Shown: in pieces, positions 61,501 through 64,000 of the stretch
Numbering within the stretch: the stretch's first letter is position 1
Layout of the letters: every line of letters begins with the position of its first letter
The notes under the pieces: model-generated
The model's database searches: none
Seen by the model: only the letters and a program-made list of their open reading frames with translations
Told to the model about the DNA's origin: nothing
Made by a program: the position numbers and the translations under genes
Origin: Candidatus Lindowbacteria bacterium RIFCSPLOWO2_12_FULL_62_27
Lineage (GTDB): Bacteria; Lindowbacteria; 2-12-FULL-62-27
Length of the DNA stretch: 64,000 nt
Direction: 5' to 3'
Assembly (NCBI GenBank): GCA_001784175.1
Contig: MFPR01000019.1
Location: 1-64,000 of the forward strand

Positions 61501-64000
61501 ACTCGCAGTTGTCGGAGTACTCGTCGTTCGGCGGCGCCTACGACACGACCGGCAACGGCGTCACGCGGATCGGCGGCTACACGAACGGTTCCGGCAATTT
61601 CCAATTTAATCTGAAAGTTTCCGCGACCGTCGGCCTCAATCAGGTCAAGATCGACGACACGGACGTGTCGTCGCTCGGTCCGACCACCTACTCCGACTCG
61701 GCGCGTCTGCCGTCGCTGGTGATCAGCGAGATCATGTGGGCCGGCGGCGGCGAGTACATCGAGCTGTACAATCCGACGCACGAAACGCAATCGCTCAACA
61801 ATTTCGGCATCTGGACGCAGGCGGCCACGGACGACGCCAACCGGATTCAATCCGTCGACACGGCGACGATGGGCAAGGTCGGATATTTGAACCCATTTTC
61901 CTACGCGCTCATCGCCGGCGCCGCCGATCTGGCCCAGGACAGCGGGTTTTCCCCGGTCAATACCGGCCCCATCGATGTCCCCACGCTGGCGGACGCCGGA
62001 GAAAGTTTCTGGCTCGTGAACGCGCAGGGCGGAACGCTCGATCGCATTTACAAAACCACGACGGGCTTTTTTGCCGGGAGTTCAAACCCCGCCGGAGACA
62101 CGTCGATGGAGCGCGTCAACCCCTCGCGCGGCGGCGGCATTTCCTCGTCCTGGGACGCGTCCGACTCCGTCCTGAACACGTCCGACGGCGGCGGCGGCGG
62201 CGGATCTCCGGGCCGGCCCAACGCGAAGTCGTTGTATTCGACGGAAGTCGACCGGCTGGATTCCTTCATCGGCCGAGCGAACGGATCGACGATGGACACG
62301 GCGCGCGTGACGCTGATTCTAAAAATCGCGAACGGCGACACCCAGCCCAACCAGGAGATCGGTCTATCGGCGGTGGTCAGTCTGGGCCCGCAGAATCAGG
62401 ATTCGACCTGGTACCTCTCCTATCCGTCGACGACCAACAGCGCCGGCACGGCGGCGATCACCGTCTCGGCGAACGGAAACAACACCTCCGGCACCGTTCA
62501 CATCCGTCTGCGCCAGCCGTACGGCGCGACCGACAGCGCGTTCATCGTGTTCGACCGCGGGGACAGCATGGCGTACGTGTTCACGTCCTCCGAGACGAAC
62601 GTATGGGACACATCAGCGACGAATGCGATGCTGGTCTACGTCGCCTTTTACGACTCGTTCTCCGGCATCGACACGGCCATCATGCCGAAACTGCAGTGGA
62701 AGATCGGCGCCGCCGGCACGTTCTCGACCATGACGAACATGACGAACGTATCGGGCGAGACGCACCTGGCGAGGATCGACATCTCGACCGACACGTGGTC
62801 CAAGATCGCGCACGATTCGATCTACTGGCGCGTGACATGGCGCGACAAGGCCGGCAATTACGACACGTCGCCGGACAATAACGCGGCCACGGCCGAATAC
62901 ATCGACAACACGAAGGCGCGGGACACGCTGACCTATCCGACCACGACCGACACCCTGTCGGGCACGAGCGCGAATGTCAAGTTCAAACTGGTGGATGCGG
63001 CGAACGACGCGTGCACGGTCATTCTCAAGTACGACAGTTACAGCAACGGCAACTGGCAAACCATCACGATGAACTCCGGGTACAATCAGCTCTCCTCCAT
63101 CCGCTCGACCCCCGACGGTCTTTTGTACGACACCCTGCAGTGGAACACGATCACGGACCTTCCGGAGACCCGCGTTTACAGCATCCGGCTTCGCATCGAA
63201 GTGTTCGACGGCTACGACACGTATACGGAGACGAGTTCCACGTTCACCGTCGACAATCTGCCGCCCGACACCGCGCAGATCGTGATTCCTGTGGCGATGG
63301 GCAATCTGGAAAACACGACGACGGTCCAGATCCGGTGGAGGTTCACCAGCAGTGTCGCCGACGACACGCAGGGCTCGTGGCTGATGGAGATCGACACAGG
63401 CCCAAATCCGGACTGGGCGCAGCTTGCGGACAGCCAGAGCCGCGGCAACAGCCGGAACGAAACGTACACGGCGCCGCTGGCGGGCGGCCAGCGGTATCAC
63501 GTGCGGATCCGGACGTGGGGCAAGTACGGCGTGGCGGGTCCGTATTCGAGCGACACGTGGTTCTGGGTCCCGCGCCGGGTGATGGACGGGCAGATGAACG
63601 ACTGGCAGCAAGACACGTCGGGCGCGGACACGGACGCGGGATTCGTGGCGGGCGGTGAATTCATCTGGATGGACCGGATCGGGGACAGGCGGAACGACGC
63701 GGCGGTGGATGACGATTATGACCTGCACGAATTCCGGGTCATCTCGGACTCGTACTTCTACTACTTCCTCTTCCGCAACGTATCCATGACGACCACGTCG
63801 ATCCTGTACTCGATCTCGATCGATTCGGACCGGTCGGGTGCGGACACGGATTTGAACTGGTTCGGCGACGAATCGAACGGCGGCGGCAGCACGTCGATGG
63901 GCCGGGGCGGCGAGCAGTACGGCGAGTTCAATTTCGACTATGCCCTGGCCGGCGCCGACTCTCCGATCTGGTTTTACACCGACACGACGGGGACATGGCG
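52560..64000 (+). CDS. Second giant secreted protein (3'-partial, >3800 aa): signal peptide, lamin-tail domains, Fn3-like repeats, DOMON/glucodextranase-like domains
   Basis: Not in the ORF track (no stop before the window end). ATG 52560 MLTPRPILSRFLVSGFAILSLALLAPQPAIG. Frame translated fully to ~53.7 kb and spot-checked to 64 kb. VINEIMWGG..EYIELRN at ~56990 and ~60400 with a variant at ~61720; VDGD.SDW-type motifs at ~54180, 55240, 58660; repeat A at 53590 and 57780-58340. Confidence 0.9.
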   Translation, partial: MLTPRPILSRFLVSGFAILSLALLAPQPAIGKMMSDSIVIFEVSVGAGAVADEYMTLYNPTPDSKGLTAYRMTRATATMATMSVITSRIDSTVADTIGPFGFYRLVSVGANAVLRGTADSVSSTATLAADNQIMLGQATSNTNYTDSRDRLGWGAVTTRKFTETQAVTDTTPGNPPAGKALYRFPGKIAGGMIDRQRNGFDFDTALVTDTFNTGTRHRRVVFSCTTPTKAVRVGLAFNLYCTATVVYGDTYWIQDTNVVASYSGDSAWADLTGWGKDTLVVDSSGDTADTTGIFRNGLCTMTLRFTPFARIADTVRIVASDAYCTGFIILRVFDSPTADLPAIGHETNVIDFLVRWTMSDSSGFDSYEIEVSKSVGFSSIAFADTIDITQTSDTITGLYNDTYYWRVRFIDNFGVRGNWSETRSFVTDTLIGAPTASYPADAHETTSSSVVVGWTQVSSDSVGIDSYAVEASTNAGFTAMVLTDTVDGTRDNDTVTAATEATYSWRVRAIDDLGNGGSYSTTRTFVRTSASASPTPSVKVDGDSSDWVGTRSSTVHDTVISLGEWIYSGDPNDVRGEGTDPDENYDITEARLSGDTLHLFMLVVMEGISSNTLPFVGLSVDVDQVSYGMDWALADDGMANGYPSSDRYSETNVSFHRVSGSDTIEMFEASGSWGGNWWHSPVATPRAADSISISTTNEVVEAALRWEDLSVTLPKRLKFVLASAENDGTSCDNDGTVDRADADILDVVTPYYSGSASSWTRDIIDDEYDYSFVVNFNKNGKVNHPPDTPTLSSPADGTIYTSATTVTMSWTLNDATADVSKDSMVHIQIGTNSDSNDVLDTKIHGADLDLDFRFWMEDTYYWRIRHADDFNTSPWTKSRQFGIQLSATTGFAVDGDTSEWTGTPSSTAHDTAISNGEFIYTGVAYDMRTDPDIWTDSNYDITQVRFSGDTNHLYLMVAISVLSDRRAPHIAFNVDLDQLSGDGSLDWIGPDDGATLAGTTQYGETNVSLHVAGRGTSYDSATYPEIEMFAQDWTSWHSPSAGSYDSVAISNANNVIEAGFRWPDIIGGGGTLPKKIRIALASYSNNTSWNSNSAATHDVTGSADAMDNIRPYAGTTCAACPASWDWDLVDADYDTSVTIEFNRTGRVNHIPGQPSVYSPANGSSFSEADNLITLQWSINDADSWTALDSAVFVQVTNRRGILILDTELVGPDADLVYRFPAGDSFYWRVRHSDDFETSPWSDSGYFSVSDTIDIKTPVDATGGTQETTNATVTLTGYAGSSDTTSDTVQVTVNGAETTVMFLSSAGVWSCSATLADRAGESVIIRLFNNGVQTANDTINLFYDATKPRITKISDSSLRDASSASVSDTVFFYIFDTGVGFGGDGGCTLYWHIDSGANTNWSVATESSSSPSGTTTIEAMIPVSTFNPLVDTQVGFWWICRDDLGNLMDSTSLSPSYLDVRPGTFTVEVVGVRDIVINEIMWGGSGGEYIELRNMTGVAIRLTNWVLKDLASDPTSMFAFQSADSIPAYGFFLALDSGAIDDTSSHATRFPRTNSALTLTNTGDSISLVSDGGLDIDSAWFNGGWPAGSATGDGTSMERKPSPGYGNASSDWDDCTTTLYPGTGGRTTGTPGHRNTNVDSVTFSVVSSGGTYETNATGITLTGFCSLQSGDSVWIFISNTAAESTVLTSGGVWSVSGIDLSGTKRGESIAIYTFDDSVYARSDTITIVYDAVVSQVSLSAPATGHETTSISVVLSWSAVSDTVDIDSYALEVSKNTDFTNMVFTDTLDGTRTNDTSTGLYNDTYYWRVRAIDDLGNGGPYSDTRGFVTDTIVGAPTLSQPSDGHETTSISVVVSWSLSDSVGIDSFAVEASKNTAFTNIAFTDTIDGSRTNDTVTGLYNDTYYWRVRAIDDLGNRGPYSDTRGFVTDTLVGTPAASYPAEAHETTVTSVVVGWSAVSSDSVGIDSYAVEVSRNGAFTEMALTDTIDGTRTNDTVSASTPATYSWRVRAIDDLGNSGAYSSTATFVRTVTQSITIDGDSNDWPGTPSTTAHDTVISSGVFIYTGVAGDERTEVNDWSDLNYDITQVRFFGDTNFFYVLVVMQDITDSRGPYVGLGIDKDSATSDGDLNWIADEDGLTVAGANHDPESSVRLSVAGRSNGSAPEIEITDEAAGLGSWQAPTNSGGHAATAYESVAISVSNNVIEAALQWKDLSVTLPARLNLTLAAYSNTTPADWANNNDATADNGAIDGADVMTPYCTNGDNAWGRDLSDADFDSFVTVGFNKTGQVNYRPFVPTQDTPGNLYVFTESNNSITLQWQISDADSNVAKDSMAQIQVTTGTGRTVLDTKIQGWDPDLVYRFLSGDSYYWRVRYADDFETTTWTDSLVFRVSDTIDIKTPVDATGGTHETTTQVVVLTGYAGSGDTTTDTVQVTVNGAETTVMFLSSAGVWSCSATLRDLAGESVIVRLFNNGIQTANDTINLFYDATPPRITRIGDTSVRNDSTVRGSSDTIFFYVFDTGVGFGSAGGCTLYWHADTGTNINWVVASESSSSPSGTTTIEAMIPAATWSPSVDTDIGFWWVCRDDLGNTMDSTSLSPSYIESRPGTYTVDVLTVGDVVINEIMWGGRSGSGEYIELRNASSLAVSLTNWVLRDKGGGSSGFSITFQSADSIPAGGFFLVMDSGAIDDTSSHYVRFPPKTGGIALTDGGDSIELLTDVGAEMDSAVFTSGWPAGSATGDGKSMDRTPTPGYGNTSTNWENGWDSAADGGRANGSPGHRNPNASPYVTVSPDSTPAATGGRGVWTFTFTNGQTAFTSGRLVMQIDTGGSTDQTNNWTQPQTSTSSSPGYVTTSVSNGTLGTVTTSGDSVIIDVTSLTATTGQITITYGSVTANTGGAAKVRTTTGRAYFRFYYDEDSTVTAPVRDTAEVTIPIVSLSGGSFADTDPASNPQSFIGSEYAVTIKVKDSNNNAVHAAHVWATLPADGADSQLSEYSSFGGAYDTTGNGVTRIGGYTNGSGNFQFNLKVSATVGLNQVKIDDTDVSSLGPTTYSDSARLPSLVISEIMWAGGGEYIELYNPTHETQSLNNFGIWTQAATDDANRIQSVDTATMGKVGYLNPFSYALIAGAADLAQDSGFSPVNTGPIDVPTLADAGESFWLVNAQGGTLDRIYKTTTGFFAGSSNPAGDTSMERVNPSRGGGISSSWDASDSVLNTSDGGGGGGSPGRPNAKSLYSTEVDRLDSFIGRANGSTMDTARVTLILKIANGDTQPNQEIGLSAVVSLGPQNQDSTWYLSYPSTTNSAGTAAITVSANGNNTSGTVHIRLRQPYGATDSAFIVFDRGDSMAYVFTSSETNVWDTSATNAMLVYVAFYDSFSGIDTAIMPKLQWKIGAAGTFSTMTNMTNVSGETHLARIDISTDTWSKIAHDSIYWRVTWRDKAGNYDTSPDNNAATAEYIDNTKARDTLTYPTTTDTLSGTSANVKFKLVDAANDACTVILKYDSYSNGNWQTITMNSGYNQLSSIRSTPDGLLYDTLQWNTITDLPETRVYSIRLRIEVFDGYDTYTETSSTFTVDNLPPDTAQIVIPVAMGNLENTTTVQIRWRFTSSVADDTQGSWLMEIDTGPNPDWAQLADSQSRGNSRNETYTAPLAGGQRYHVRIRTWGKYGVAGPYSSDTWFWVPRRVMDGQMNDWQQDTSGADTDAGFVAGGEFIWMDRIGDRRNDAAVDDDYDLHEFRVISDSYFYYFLFRNVSMTTTSILYSISIDSDRSGADTDLNWFGDESNGGGSTSMGRGGEQYGEFNFDYALAGADSPIWFYTDTTGTW

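Noticed and set aside
56463-63728. Long ORFs listed in the track over giant 2 (56463-58706, 59934-61850 etc.)
   Set aside because: Shadows of the unlisted + strand frame-3 gene starting at 52560

Overview
High-GC bacterial window, probably from a diderm organism (it has a beta-barrel, a lipoprotein and T9SS/FlgD-like C-termini). It is dominated by surface-structure genes. (1) <1-21603 is the 3' part of a giant (>7200 aa) Fn3/Ig-repeat protein ending in a T9SS-CTD/FlgD-like domain, followed by an outer-membrane barrel, a FecR-domain protein and smpB. (2) 24.7-37.6 kb holds housekeeping and signalling genes: GT-C glycosyltransferase, diguanylate cyclase, nfo, O-methyltransferase, DUF1338, TPR-HhH, STAS, PAS kinase, sigma54 regulator, HDOD. 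(3) 38.9-46.2 kb is a four-gene minus-strand operon whose domain logic suggests a covalently polymerised DUF11 donor-strand pilus (tip, two shafts, CTD anchor), flanked on both sides by related AbiE/PIN modules. (4) 46.4-52.5 kb is an array of TA and small coiled-coil genes with their own promoters, separated by periodic-arm hairpins and by four truncated copies of the signal-peptide region of the next gene. (5) 52560->64000 is a second giant gene (LTD/Fn3/DOMON-like) that is missing from the ORF track because it has no stop in the window. All family assignments come from motif recognition by eye; no searches were run.
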